From Malacoraja senta (taxonomy: Eukaryota), in the NCBI GenBank assembly GCA_038087875.1, contig CM075988.1:26786001-26850000 (forward strand): DNA of 64,000 nucleotides. Direction: 5' to 3'. How positions within the stretch are numbered: position 1 is the stretch's first letter; every line of letters starts with the position of its first letter. Shown in pieces: positions 49,186 to 62,501 of the stretch. The notes beneath the pieces are model-generated. The model did no database searches, was not told the DNA's origin, and was given only the letters and a program-made list of their open reading frames with translations. The position numbers and the translations under genes were made by a program.

Positions 49186-52100
49186 TGGCCATGATGCAAC
49201 CAATTAGGATACAATACATCTGTATTGTATGGTTATTTAAGTTTGAGTCCGGATAGTCACAAGCGTTTCATACGGACTGAAAATGGAACAATTAAATTCT
49301 AACAAGGCAGCATAATAAGTCTGTAAACACAATAAATATAGATATATGAATAACCCCCAAAACTCTGTTAATTGGGGTTATAAATGTATCTATGTTTATT
49401 TTCTCCCGAGTATTTGGTGACATGCTACACAGCTTTTGGAGGGAATAATTGGAAAGAAGTGGTGCCGTGATGATGTCGTGGCCAGCCATTATTGGCAACG
49501 CCACTGCTCCACTTCACTGGATAATCTCAGCTCATCAGGTGCCTCACCAAAATAACCATTCTTGTGGAGTTCCAGCGCGTGGAGAGAGATACATCAGATC
49601 GTCAGCAGCTGAGAGAGAGTCGGGTTTTTACCCTGAATCCCATTTGTTTGGCTTCATTCATGTAGGTTACTTGTGTCTTGTCCACGTACTTAGATCAGCA
49701 CTGAACAGTCATTTACAAAAGTTTTAAAATATGAGGACGGGTTAAATGTAATGTATCTAACATCCCGGATGGGTTCTTAAAGTCTTTCCAAACTTACCTG
49801 TAAATCCAATAAGAAATTTTAAAATATGATTGCTGTAGCAATGGAGAAACTGTGACAGGTAATTTGTGCCCAGCTTGGTTTTACTCACAGCAATTCTTTA
49901 CTGGAAAGGTTCAAAGTCTGCATTAAATGTCTTTATGAGGATCAACAAATGATGGATGTCGGGTCACCTGGAGCAGAGACTTGTGGCGGGCTGGAGTACA
50001 GCGGCACGTGAAAATCCTAGTTGGTTTCAGTGTCGGGACGATCATGTCCAGCTCGTGTACTGGAAGATTGATTCTGTTTCCAACAGTCATTAGTATTTCT
50101 CAAGCTAACATGACAGGTTCAATAAATGGTTGGGCTCCACTGAGGATTGGCAAGCAATCAGTCTTTTATTGGAGTCATTTCCTCAGGAGAGTGGTTGGAA
50201 TTTATGTTTCAGCTTCAGTCTTCTGCTGAAGATTCAGACTCCTGCAGTCTCGTGGACTGTAAATAAAATAATTAAGAATGTATTTCAATTCCTTTATAGA
50301 TATCACAGGCAAGGCCAATATTTAATATCCATCCATAGTTTTCCTCATAAAGATGGTGGTACGCAGTCTCTTGGACCCATCGCATTAATGGAATTAAGGT
50401 ATTTGCATGCTAGGTTTGGGGCTTTTAAGAACATAAAGGAAACAGGGAGGGGAGTTTCAAGCCCATTCCAGTAAGATCATGGCTGATTCAATCTTAGCCC
50501 CATTGTTACAGTCGTTTATCGTTTTACTCCCTCATAGTTCAAGACTCTATGTTCACCTTGAATATGGGTTTGTTCCACAGCTCTCTAGGGTAAATGATTT
50601 TAAGGAGTCCTCACCTTCTGAGGGAAGAAACCCTAATGGATGACATCTTACTTTGAAACCATGCTCCATAGTTGTAAATACTTCCCCCTTGAAGGAACAT
50701 CCTCCCGGTGCCCACCCTGGCAATCTCCCTCCGAATCTAGTGTCGTGCACCCTGGCGTTACAGGGAACTAATGAACCATCATCCATAACATGAACCCTTG
50801 ACAAACTGTTTGGTTTGGTGATTTGAGACTTGATCAGCCATGATCACATTGCATGACGTTGCTGGCTCGAAGGGCCGAATGGCCTACTCCTGCACCTATT
50901 GTCTATTGACTTCTGTAGGGGTGAATTTCCATGACTGGAATTGCCATAATGCAGGGGTTCACCGTATGTTTCAATGAGACCTCCGACACTGCGATCAGTA
51001 GAAACTCAACATGCTCTTTCTCTTTCCATTTATCAACCACTTCATTGTAGGCATCAACGTGGTGAACCTTCGCTGTACTCCCAACACAAGGACACAAAGT
51101 GCTGGAGTAACTTGACCCACTGAAATGCTCCAGCAATTTGTGTCCTTTTTGTCAACCAGCATTTGTAGTTCCTTGTTTCTAGAGTATATCTTTCCTTAGG
51201 TATGAAGGCCAAAACTGTTCATAGTACTCCAGCTGTGATCTGCCCAGTGCCCTGTTAAAGGCATCAAAGGGTCCCTAATGTACTACCCTATAACGATTGG
51301 AACAAAACCAGTCGTTCCTAATTATTTTCCACACCTACATGCCAATCCTATATTTCTTATGCACTGCGATCACAGATCCTTATTTTAAATTCTTACTCCA
51401 TTTCAATGAATCATTTGTTTTTTCTTTATTCCTCCAAAGTGGAATATTTTATCCAGCAGCTACTGGCTTCTGACCAATAATGACCATCTAAATCAGTACA
51501 TAATACAATGTAAAAAGAGCTATTTCATTCAATATTAAACTCTACATTTTCCTCCGTTTTCCCATTTACTTCCCCTATTTATAATCTCTGCAGGTGCTTT
51601 GGAAACGCGTTACAACTTGCTAACTCACCTATTGTTATAGCATTTACAAATCTATCCTCTGTGCCTTCATGCAAGTCATTACTATCCAACACCAAGTCCT
51701 GTGACACTGTGCTGGTGACTGAATGCCAATCCCAAAGTGACACAACCATTCCCACCCTCTGTTTTTATTAGTGTAGCCATGCTAATTTGGGCCCAGTTTT
51801 GGGTGTTGGTGATGCAGGGTTTGACTGGCCTGGGTGTGTTGGTGATTAGTAAACTGGTGCCAACAACAATGGCCTTTCCACTGTAACTTCAACGTTAGTT
51901 TTCGAGCCGATTATTGAAATGATTGAATTTAAATTCCCCATCCGATTACTAGTCTAAGGTAACTACCCTCCTCTTGTTTGCTGAGATAATAATGTGAATT
52001 TGATTGCCAGAACTGTATGGACATGTTTTATACATTGAAATATGATAGGCATCTTTCCATTACTTTCATGAATATTTTTGACTGTTCACATACTTCAGTC

Positions 52101-55100
52101 TCTTGTATTTCCATGAATTTATTTTTCACTTCTGTTCTGAATGGGAAAGATTGAAACTATTGAATGAATTCCTGCTAGATAAACATGTCAATGATGAGCT
52201 GATGTTGAGACTGATATTTAATGGGATGTATCTCCCAGACAATCCATCTTGGAACAGTTATGGAACTCGCACACCTCACCTCAATCTCTCTCACGTTTTT
52301 CCACAATCTAAAGCTCGCACCTTTCAATCATGAACACTTTGGCAAACTTCAACTGTGAAAGGGAGTTAGACTCAGTGACCCTTTTGTTGAACACTTTCTT
52401 CCTCCATTCTTCACTCCCCTTCCCTGTCCCCCACCTGTAGTCCTTCCTATTTCTTCCTCCACCCCCACCTGCTAATTGTTTTCACCTGTTTCTGCCTCTC
52501 CCCTTTTCCAGCTTTCTTTGCCTTTCCCACTGCAGTTACTGCAGAACTTTGAGACCTTTGGAGTTTACTTGTTACCTTCATTGGATGTGAGGTGCTTTTG
52601 GTCATCGACTGGTTCAATATAAAATTAACTCCTTCATTCTCATGTGTCTTTTGGAACGAGTATCTGATGACAGGTCAACGTTTATTGTCTATCCTCAATT
52701 GCCCCGAGGAGCTGATGTGAGTTGCCTTTCAGAACAGCTGTAGATAAGGTCATAAGTGATAGGAGCAGAATTAGGCCATTCGGCCCATCTAGTCAACTTC
52801 ACCATTCAATCATGGCTGATCCTTCTTTCCCTTTTAACCCCATTCCCCTGCCTTCTCCCCATAACCCCTGACTCCCCACAGAGCTGGCTGGTAGGATTCC
52901 AGGATCTAAGGCCAGTGACAATGATGGAATGGCAATATATTCCCAATTCAGGAAGTTGTGCAGCTTGGAGGGAACTTTGCCCGTAGTTCTCCACAGACTG
53001 TTTTCCGTTTCTCAGTGATCCAGGTCACACATTAGCGAGATGCTGCTGGGGTAAGCAAGGTGAATGACTGTGCTGCAAATTGCACATGACACTCTGCATT
53101 GGTGATCGATGGAATAAACTTGTGTGTTGTGGTTAGGATGCCAATTAATTGGCACTTTTGCCCTGATTCTGTCTAACTTTGTGCACTCACCCAATAAGTG
53201 ACGGTTGTTGAACTTTGATGGGCATTTTTTGGAGAATGCACGTCAGCAGTTTGTCAAACTTTTGTTCTTGCTTTGTTTAGCAGGGTTGACATATCTCTGA
53301 ATGTTTTATGCTTTGTCTGTGCACACGTACCCACATATCCCTCGACCACCCTGCAGACTGCTGATGGAATATCACATCACCGAGGAGGCTGTGCCAATGA
53401 GAGTGAAACTGAGAGAGAGCTGCTGTCACTTGTCCATCTTGCCCATCAATGCTGTCAATCCAACATGGACCATCACATATATTTTGTAGCTTAGGTCAAG
53501 ACAGAACAAACGGACCCACACTATGCCAGTCTCACTCATCTTAAAAGGAAGCTGTTCAATTCTCTACTCTCTTGATAATTCCTGCAATTTCTGTTTCAAG
53601 TGTTGATTCGGTTTTCTTTAGAAAGCCTGCTGTGTGTTCTTCCATTGTGATCTCAGATATTGCAATGCAGTTTAATAACAACCTTCAGAGCAATTTCGTT
53701 TTCCGCCATCATCCTCTGACAATTCTGCCAATTTACTTCAATCTGTGTTAGTGATGGATCCTCCAGCAGTGGAAAAAGTTTCAGCCTACTTAATCCATCA
53801 AAAGTCCAGTAGAACACTTTGATTACTCCACCATCAATTCTTAAATCAGTCCTTCCCAAGACTTCAAAACTTCTTTTTTTCATTAAACTTTAAAATACAT
53901 CCCCAATCTGTCCCTCTCTCCCACCTCAATGGCACCAATCTCTCCTATTCACCCTTATCCACAAACTCCAGCCTTGTTTAACGAATGGAAGATTGTGTAT
54001 TTATACAAATAATTAAGCAAAGTAGAGTTAAATTATCAGACTGCCCCAGAAGATCCACATATTTATGTTTCCTCTTGTTCAATGTTACTGCTTTGGTCAA
54101 AATCTGGACAGCTCAACCCTCCATCCTCTCTTTCTCCAAACTTGCTTCTGGCACTTCCTAATCCTCGCATCTTAATTTCCTTCCTTGCTTGTACCTTCCA
54201 GCCTCGGTGGATATGGTAGATATAGCTTTGACTGAATAATAATTGTTGCTTTAAAGCTATTAATGTATCATATAATTGCAACTATATTGGTTTCAAGTTC
54301 CAGAGATAGTCCTTGAATGAAGAGGTGGAGCATGTTTTGTCTTGAACTCCTTGCGTTTCATGTGTACTCATCTGTGCACTCTGTACATGGACTTTGTTGT
54401 TAGTAGATGATTTAAACTATTCCAAACTCATACCATGTCTCACAGCTGACTTTGATCCTGCACAGTCAATGAAATCAAAAGGCAGAACATTTCCAATTTT
54501 CAGACATGTGAATATCGTTTTGTGCTGAGGCACTAGAAATAAATTCTGAGTATTGTCGTCAGTAATTCTTAATGTAATAAAAATGAACGGCAGATGGTAG
54601 TTTATACCAAAAATAGACACAAAGTGCGCAGGCGTGCGCAGCGTCTTGACGCCGTACGTGACTCGCGAACTTCCTGCGGATTTTGCTCGAACTTCACGTC
54701 ACTCACTCGACCTCCGCGCGGCCCCCGCTTCCGGTTTGGTCGCGCTTGCCGCATGCAGTCGCATGCTCGTGGGACAGGCCCTTTACTTTCTCCTCCCCTT
54801 CTCAGCTCTCCCTCAGCCCACTGTCTCCGCCTCATCCTTTCTTCCTCCCGCCCCCCCCCCCTACCCTCACATCAGTCTGAAGAAGGGTTTCAACCCGAAA
54901 CATTGCCTATTTCCTTCGCTCCATAGATGCTGCCTCACCCGCAGAGTTTCTCCAGCATTTTTGTCTACCTTCGGTTTTCCAGCATCTGTAGTTCCTTCTT
55001 ATACATAATTACATTGTTTGATGTGTATGCAGCATTTCAGGTCACTAGGGACAATTTTACATTTATACCAAGCCAATTAACCTACAAACCTGTATGTCTT

Positions 55101-55229
55101 TGGAGTGTGGGAGGAAACCGAAGATCTCAGAGAAAACACACTCAGTCACGTGAAGAACGTATAAACTCTGTACAGACAGCACCCGTAGTCGGGATCGAAC
55201 ACGGGTCTTTGGTGCTGTAAGCGCTGTAA

Positions 55230-55954
55230 TGGGCCTGTCCCACTTAGGCGATTTTTCAGCAGACTGCCGGCGACTGTCAAGTTGCCTGCAGTCGCCTGAA
55301 AAAACGGCAACTGGAACGGCGACTGTCAGAGTGGAACACACAAACACATCGCTTCCTTCACCAACCCGTTATGCAGGCGGAGGACAGGGCAAGCGGAGGG
55401 AGCGCTGTCTAAACAATTCACACGATGCAAAGCCAAGGTGAAACAGACACACACCACGATGAACAGGAGGTTGGCGCTGTAAAAAGACGGCTAAAGCACA
55501 GTGTAAGGTAAGTCCTTTAAAAGAGGGGGGGAGGGGGGGAGAAGGAGTGGAGGCAACTTCTAAGAAGCCAGAGATACACGGTTGTGAAGCTCTTCGGACA
55601 TTTAATATTACCGGTCGGTTATCCTTGGTTCTGAAAACTACTGCTTACCTTTTTTTTCCCCCCAATGAGCCAATGAAATTCATCGTTCAGCACCGGCTAC
55701 AACCTACGAGAACCTCCGACCTCCTGGCGACCCGCCTACGGCTCGAGAATTCTCGCTACTCTCCATGGCGGCTTCATTCTAGTCGCCGCTAATTTTTTAA
55801 CATAATGAGGCCACGACTAGTTCCCAGAATGCGGGAACTCCTCACGACCATGAAGGCGACTCCCCGGCAACCACCTGTGAACATGTGGCGGCCATGTGGC
55901 GACTGCATAGTCTCCTGCAGCCGCCTAAAAAGTCGCTTAAGTGGCACAGGCCCT
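55230..55954. mobile_element. Non-autonomous PIF/Harbinger-like DNA transposon inserted in a SINE
   Basis: TIR GGGCCTGTCCCACTTAGGCGA / TCGCTTAAGTGGCACAGGCCC; TAA TSD; the SINE resumes at 55958. Confidence 0.82.
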
Positions 55955-58189
55955 TAAGGCAGCAACTCAACCGCTGCGCCACTGTGCCGCACAGTTCAGC
56001 ATTTTGTGTCTATCTTCAGTAATTCTTAGATTGGGTTGTGTTGCACTGAGTTTTCAAAGTCCACCTGTAACTAGATTTTTAAGCTTCATATTCACAAGAA
56101 CATACGACAGAGGAACAGAATTAAGCCATTCAGTCCATCAAGTCTGTTCTGCCATTTGATCATGGCTGATCTATTTTTCCCTCTTATCCCCATTCTCCTC
56201 CTGTAAACTTTCTTAAGGAACCCTTTCAGCTAGCAGTCTCTTTTGACCCTTTTTTATGAAATGAATACGAACACATCCCCAAATTGCAAAGAAAGAGTAG
56301 TTGGAAACTTGCCTTGTATAAGACTTGCATTTGTTTAGCACCTTTCCCCAAGGTGCTTCAGAGGATCTTTATCAGAATATATTCTGCAACCAGCCACACA
56401 TGAAGAAGGGAAGGTAAGGCAGGTAAGTCGTGAGAGCTTAAAAGAGGAATGAAAGCCCAGCATTCAATGAAGATGTGACCAGACACAGCAAAGTAAATGA
56501 GAGGCCAAGAGGTCAGGTGTGGAGGTACAGAATCTGATGTTTGTGTGAGGAGATTGTAGAATTGGCCTGATAATATTGACTTCGAATATGAAGAATGATG
56601 TTAGTGATTATGCTGGGTTTATTAAAGTAGTATTTGTCATTTATTATTTATAGGTAGTGATGTTGGAATAAAATTGTTCTGCAGAGGATTCCAATTCAGT
56701 TTTTTAGCTTTGCACAATTCAACTCGATTGCTCCCGGCAAAATCAGATCAATTAAATGAACCGATTGTCATTTAGAGTTAAAATTCCACAAACGTCTCCA
56801 TTTAATTTTACATAATATTACTGTATTCATTCTAACCCTAAAGCTTTATATTAATGTGATTGACATGGGATTTTGATTGTACCATTGGCTGACTGGGGCA
56901 GATATTTCTTTACAATTATACTTTCCCCCACTGTGGGCATGTTTATGATTTTAATTTCCAGAGAGGACACAACTGGCTTTGAGATCAAGCAGACCAGCAG
57001 TGACCCACAACTTGTCTGTGTCTTGCTTCTTCCATCCCTCAACTTCACAGTTGTCATACTCTTGTAATTAAGGCATGTCCTCACATTTCCGTGATGTGCC
57101 ATGTTAAGATAGCCTTTTGATCCCATGCAGTGTTTAACATGTGATATTAATCTTATCAAAGTAATGTTAGTTATACTTCCATAATAGAGCATGGATCAGA
57201 CCAAAGTAACTGCAGGGTGTTCTTGTATTTTGTTAGCTATTTTACAGAGTATCAGGATTGAAGTTATAAGTAGAATAAGTTGCGGACTCCAGCCTGTCAG
57301 TCTATAGCAAACAGGACTTTTTCCTAGTTCTCTTTGTTCCGTTCCATTGCTAAGGTTTCATAGCTGTTTGAAGAACCCTCTCACATTAAGGCCCCCACGC
57401 ATTGATTCATTCAAATGAAATGCTGATGAGCTCCATACAGCGACACTTGGCACATGGTCTCTTGACATCTAATTAATATTTGATCATATTAAATCCTTAA
57501 ATAATACAAATAAAGATATATGCATTTGGATTCCTTAAATCTTCATAAATTGACTGATTAACATAAATCAACTTATTTTCCAAAGACCAAACCTTGTGGA
57601 ATAATCTACTGTGCCTAGACTTTGATGACTGAATGACAAGTGAAATTAACAAGTAGATTGCTAAAAGCTGTGATCTTTGATTAGCTTGTAGTGCCTGTAG
57701 GCACTGAGGTATGTACAAGTATAAAAATGTTCGTATTAACAGCTTCTCAGCAATTTGTGAATTAGATGCATTCCCACCTTCAAGGAAATGGCTTGCATTT
57801 GTTTACCTGTTCACAAGATATGATGCACAGTGGGGTGACTGGTAAAGCCACATTCTAGAGACTAGGATTCAATGCCATTGCTCCCTGTGCACAATCTGCA
57901 AGTTCTCCCTTTGACTCGAAGGGCCGAATGGCCTACTCCTGCACCTATTGTCTATTGACTGTGTAGGCTTCCTCTGGCTAGTCTGGTTGCCTCTTACACA
58001 CCAAAGACATGCAGGACGGTTGGTTAATTGGCCACCGTAAATTGCCCCAAAGTGTAGATGGGTGGCAGTAACGGTGGGTGTGACATTGAGAGGAATATAT
58101 AAATGATTTGGACATAAACGTCGACGGCAGTTTGCAGATAATTGCTCGTGTCGCAGACTGTGAGATGTCGGAACACACAGCGGGATGTA

Positions 58190-59122
58190 GATCAGCGACA
58201 GAAATGGGCAGAGAAATGGCAGATGGAGTTTCATCTGAACAAATGTGAGGAGTTGCACTTTGGGAGGTGAAATGCAAGAAAATATACAATTATGGCATAA
58301 CCCTTAATAGCATTGATGTGCAGAGATCTTGCAGTTCGAGTCCATGACTCCTTCAAAGTGGCATTATAACTAGATAAAGTGATAAAGAAGGCATACATTG
58401 TATGCTATGCTTGCTCTCTTAGGTTGGGGGGAGGGGGGGTTGAGTATGTGTCAGAAGGTCATGTAACAGCTTTATAGGACTCTGGTTCGGCTGCATCTGG
58501 AGTATTATGTGCCAGGCTTTGGGAATTGTGCAAAGGAGGTTTATTAAAGTTGGACGGACTTGGATTGTTTTCTCTGGAACAGCGGAGGTTGCGGGAAGAC
58601 CTGATAGTTCATGAGAGGCGTAGATAGGCAGTCAGAATCTTTCCCAGTATCTAGAGGGCATAACATTAAGCAGAGTGGGGCAAAGTTTAAAGGAGATGTG
58701 GGGGGCAACATCTTTACACAGAGGGTGGTTAGTGCCGGGAACTTATAGAAACGTACAAAATTCTTAAGGGGTTGGACAGGCTAGATGCAGGAAGATTGTT
58801 CCCGATGTTGGGGAAGTCCAGAACAAGGGGTCACAGTTTAAGGATAAGGGGGGAAGTCTTTTAGGACCGAGATTAGAAAAACATTTTTCACACAGAGAGT
58901 GGTGAATCTGTGGAATTCTCTGCCACAGAAGGTAGTTGAGGCCAGTTCATTGGCTATATTTAAGAGGGAGTTAGATGTGGCCCTTGTGGCTAAGGGATCA
59001 GGGGGTATGGAGAGAAGGCAGGTGCAGGATACTGAGTTGGATGATCTGCCATGATCATATTGAATGGCGGTGCAGGCTCGAAGGACCGAATGGCCTACTC
59101 CTGCATCTATTTTCTATGTTTC
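58190..59122 (+). mobile_element. CR1-type LINE fragments (old copy plus young 3' end 58741-59122)
   Basis: Young part is near-identical to the reverse complement of 42777-43160. Confidence 0.8.
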
Positions 59123-59239
59123 TAACTCAGCAGGCCAGGCAGCATCTGTGGAGAGAAGGAATGGGTGACGTTTCGGGTCAAGACCCATCTTCAGACTGAG
59201 AGCGAGTGTGGGGAGTGTATCTCCGTAAGGAAGGGCGAG

Positions 59240-59381
59240 GTGTGTATGGGGTGGGGGGTGAGTGAGGGTGAATGTGGGTGTGTGAGTGTGTGTGGGGTGA
59301 GTGAGAGTGTGTTTGAGTGAGTGTGTGTGTGTGTTTGTAGATGTGTGTGTGGGGGATGTCTGTGAGTGTGTGTGTGTGAGT

Positions 59382-59412
<31 letters not shown>

Positions 59413-60175
59413 TATGTGAGTGTGTGGGGGTCTGTGAGTGTCTGCGGGGAGGTGTGTGGGTGAATGTGTGTGTGTGGGGGGGTGAGCAAAGATGGTGTGA
59501 GTGTGTGTGTGGGGGGGTATGTGAGTGTGTGGGGGTGTGTGTGTGTGAGCAAAGATGGTGTGAGTGAGTGTGTGTGTGTGTGTGGGGGGGGTATGTAAGT
59601 GTGTGGGGGGTGTGTGAGTGTGTGGGGGGGGGGTGAGCAAAGATGGTGTGTGTGTGTGTGGAGGTGGGGGGTGTGAGTGTGTGTGTGGGTGGGGGGTGTG
59701 AGCAAAGATGGTGTGAGTGAGTGTGTGTGTGGGGGGGGGGGGTGTGGGGGGTGAGCAAAGATGGTGTGTGTGTGTGTGTGTGGAGGTGGGGGGGGTGAGT
59801 GTGTGTGTGTGTGGGGGTGTGAGCAAAGATGGTGTGTGTGGAGGTGGGGGGTGTGAGTGTGTGGGTGGTATGTGAGTGTGTGGGGGGGGGGGGTGAGCAA
59901 AGATGGTGTGTGTGGAGGTGGGGGGTGTGAGTGTGTGGGTGGTATGTGAGTGTGTGGGGGGGGGTGAGCAAAGATGGTGTGTGTGGAGGTGGGGGGTGTG
60001 AGTGTGTGGGTGGTATGTGAGTGTGTGGGGGGGGGTGAGCAAAGATGGTGTGTGTGGAGGTGGGGGGTGTGTGTGTGGGCAAAGATGGTGTGAGTGTGTG
60101 GGGGGGGGGGGTGTGAGTGGGTGTGTGAGTGTGTGCGTGTGAGGGTGTGAGGGTGTGTGAGTGTGTGGGGGAGGA
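59240..60175. repeat. GT-rich minisatellite with GAGCAAAGATGGTGTG core, upstream of TTC12
   Basis: Seen directly; explains the His/Thr/Pro-rich spurious ORFs. Confidence 0.95.
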
Positions 60176-60217
60176 AGCTGCCGCCAGGGTGAGGCCTAGG
60201 CGCGGGCCCAGCCTGCG

Positions 60218-60231
60218 GTCACCATGGCGAC
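60218..60231. promoter_or_regulatory. RFX X-box-like palindrome GTCACCATGGCGAC
   Basis: Near-palindrome matching the GTYNCC-AT-RGNAAC-type consensus, 22 nt upstream of the TTC12 ATG; TTC12 is a motile-cilia gene. Confidence 0.6.
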
Positions 60232-60252
60232 GGCGCGCCCGGCAACTGGGAC

Positions 60253-60322
60253 ATGATGATGGCGGATTCCGGACAGTCCGGCCTGGAGCTGGAGCGGTTC
60301 CTGCGGGAGGTCGATGAGATCA
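60253..60322 (+). CDS. TTC12: TTC12 first coding exon (MMMADSGQSGLELERFLREVDEI)
   Basis: CpG-rich region; resembles recalled human TTC12 N-terminus DLQKFLKNVDEIS; phase-1 donor A|gtaggt. Confidence 0.8.
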
Positions 60323-60475
60323 GTAGGTCGGGGAGGGCCGGGGAGGGCAGGGCCGGGCCGGGGGGAGGATGAGATCAGTAGGTCGGGGAGGGCCGGGGAG
60401 GGCAGGGCCGGGCCGGGGGGAGGATGAGATCAGTAGGTCGGGGAGGGCCGGGGAGAGCAGGGCCGGGTCGGGGGG
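60313..60475 (+). repeat. 3 x 55-nt GC-rich tandem repeat spanning the TTC12 exon 1 donor
   Basis: Units start at 60313, 60368 and 60423. Confidence 0.92.
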
Positions 60476-60827
60476 TTGATGAGGGGAGGGGAGGGCAGGA
60501 AAGTTGTGATAGAAATGTATTAAATTATGAGAGCCGTAGAGAGAGTAAAAGGTCAGCATCTTTACCCGGGGAGGGGGTGTACAATACTAGAGTGCCCTGG
60601 TTAAAGTGAGAGGGGAAAAGTTGAAATGTGCGGGACTAGTTTGTAGTTTGTGTTTTACACAGTTGCCTGTAATGCACGGCCTGATGCTGGTGGAAGCATT
60701 TAAAACACGTATATATCGCCACATGAATACAGTGAAAGTATCTGGATAGAATTTCATATTTATTTCATTTTGCATTATATTCGGCACAGATATATGGGCC
60801 GAAAGGCCTGTTCCACGATGCGATGTT

Positions 60828-61400
60828 CTAATTCAGTGGAGTTTATATAGGGGGTTGTAGGCAGATTTAATGAAGTTCACATAGGTGTAATACTCATAAT
60901 GTTATTGAGTTTTACATTGGGGAAGCACTCCTATTGTGGAGTTGTACACAGGAGGTGTATTCCTCATTTTGCGGGAGTTTAAATAGGAGGTGCAATGCTA
61001 ATTTTATATATATATATATATGTAATTAGCACCTCCTATTTATATAGAGAGAGTTTTGTTTAGGGGATGCTCTCCTAACTTTGTGGAGTTTTACGTCAGA
61101 GGTGCACTCCAAATGGTGTGCAGTTTTATACAGGGGATGTACTAATTTTGGTGAGTTTTATGTCGGAGATGCACTTTTAATTTGATGGAGTTTTATATAG
61201 CTGATACACTCCTAAATTTGTGGAGTTTTATATTGGATGGATGGCTAATTTAATGTGGTTTTATATTGGGGCTGCACGATTAATTTTATGGAGATTAATT
61301 TAGGGGAACACACTTGACTTTTATGGAATTGATATAGGATGGTGAATGCCTAATAATTTGTGTTATTATATAATGGTGCGCACATGGCTTATTCTATAGA
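60828..61400. repeat. Degenerate AT-rich tandem repeat, about 38-40 nt (CTAATTTGTGGAGTTTTATATAGG...)
   Basis: Recurring GGAGTTTTA and CTAATTT motifs. Confidence 0.65.
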
Positions 61401-61460
61401 TTTAGTATTAGGTGAGTGTATATATGTGATAGATGAACATCTAATTTTTTGCACCTTATA

Positions 61461-62501
61461 TAGCAATGTTACAACATTTTGAAATTAAAAAAATAAAGTC
61501 TGCAATTTATCCCATCAGATAAAGCATAAAAAGAAGTTTAATTTGACACCTAATTCACTTTCATATCTTCAGTATTAAACAAGTTATGGCCATTTTCATA
61601 CTCGGTAATTAGCATCTTGTTCCCTATTGCTTTTCCATTGACTTAACACAAAAGCTGTGATCGAGGACAGTTAAAAGCCCATAACTTTCTTAAAAATTAA
61701 GAGAACTGAAATAAATTTTCAGTTATTATAGATTGAAGCATTCTGAAACAAATATGAAACAATCTTACTTAGAAGACATGAAATTAAAGCATATAATTAA
61801 TTAGTTACCTAATTGTAGCTAATTACAAAATTCAATTACTAGATCTAAACATCTATCAATTTCTTAAGAATAGATTAACATTTTTAAATAGCCTAAGTGT
61901 CCAAATAACATTCACACAAGAATTCACAATATAACATAATTTTTAAATCTCATTGTCATGAATTTACAGGCCAAATGGAAGGAATTGAATGTTTAATACC
62001 TGTAAATTAATGGGCATTTAAATCATCTTGTGAGTGAGGATTTCTGGAACACGATCTTTTGGAACGTTCATTTGCGGTGAATTTAACCCCGTATTGGCAT
62101 GAAAAATACTGCCGTTAGTTCGGGGAATAAAATCACTTTCGCAAGAAAAAATATGAATTAAAGGCTTCTTAAGAAGCACTTTTATACATTTAAATAAACC
62201 ACTTTCGTTTACCTGTCCCGTGCGTGAAATCCGTCCCCGTTATCGGTGTTGACGGCTTCAGGAGCTGATTTTAAAGTGACTCCAGCGCTGACATTGTCGA
62301 TTTAATAAAAATAAAAAATTCACAAAACGCCCCTAGGAACGATTTTTCAGCAAACGCTTGTACTCCAACGAAATATAATTCAGGACAAGGTAGGAGAAAC
62401 CCGCGTTTTAAGCCCGCCCCCCCCTTAAAGGCGCCAAAATCGCGCACACGGCCAGTGGCAGAATTACAGCGCCATTGAAGGTAAGTATTGTAACATACCT
62501 A
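61461..62501. mobile_element. Non-autonomous DNA transposon of about 1.04 kb, superfamily unresolved
   Basis: Imperfect TIR TAGCAATGTTACAA / TTGTAACATACCTA; flanking direct repeat CCTTATA (extends to ACCTTATAT). Confidence 0.65.

Noticed and set aside
43500..58000. Search for CLDN25, ZW10 or other genes between USP28 and TTC12
   Set aside because: No ORF or exon with recognisable homology; mostly decayed repeats and AT-rich sequence
59114..60082. 240-322 aa His/Thr/Pro-rich minus-strand ORFs
   Set aside because: GT-rich repeat lacks stops in all three frames
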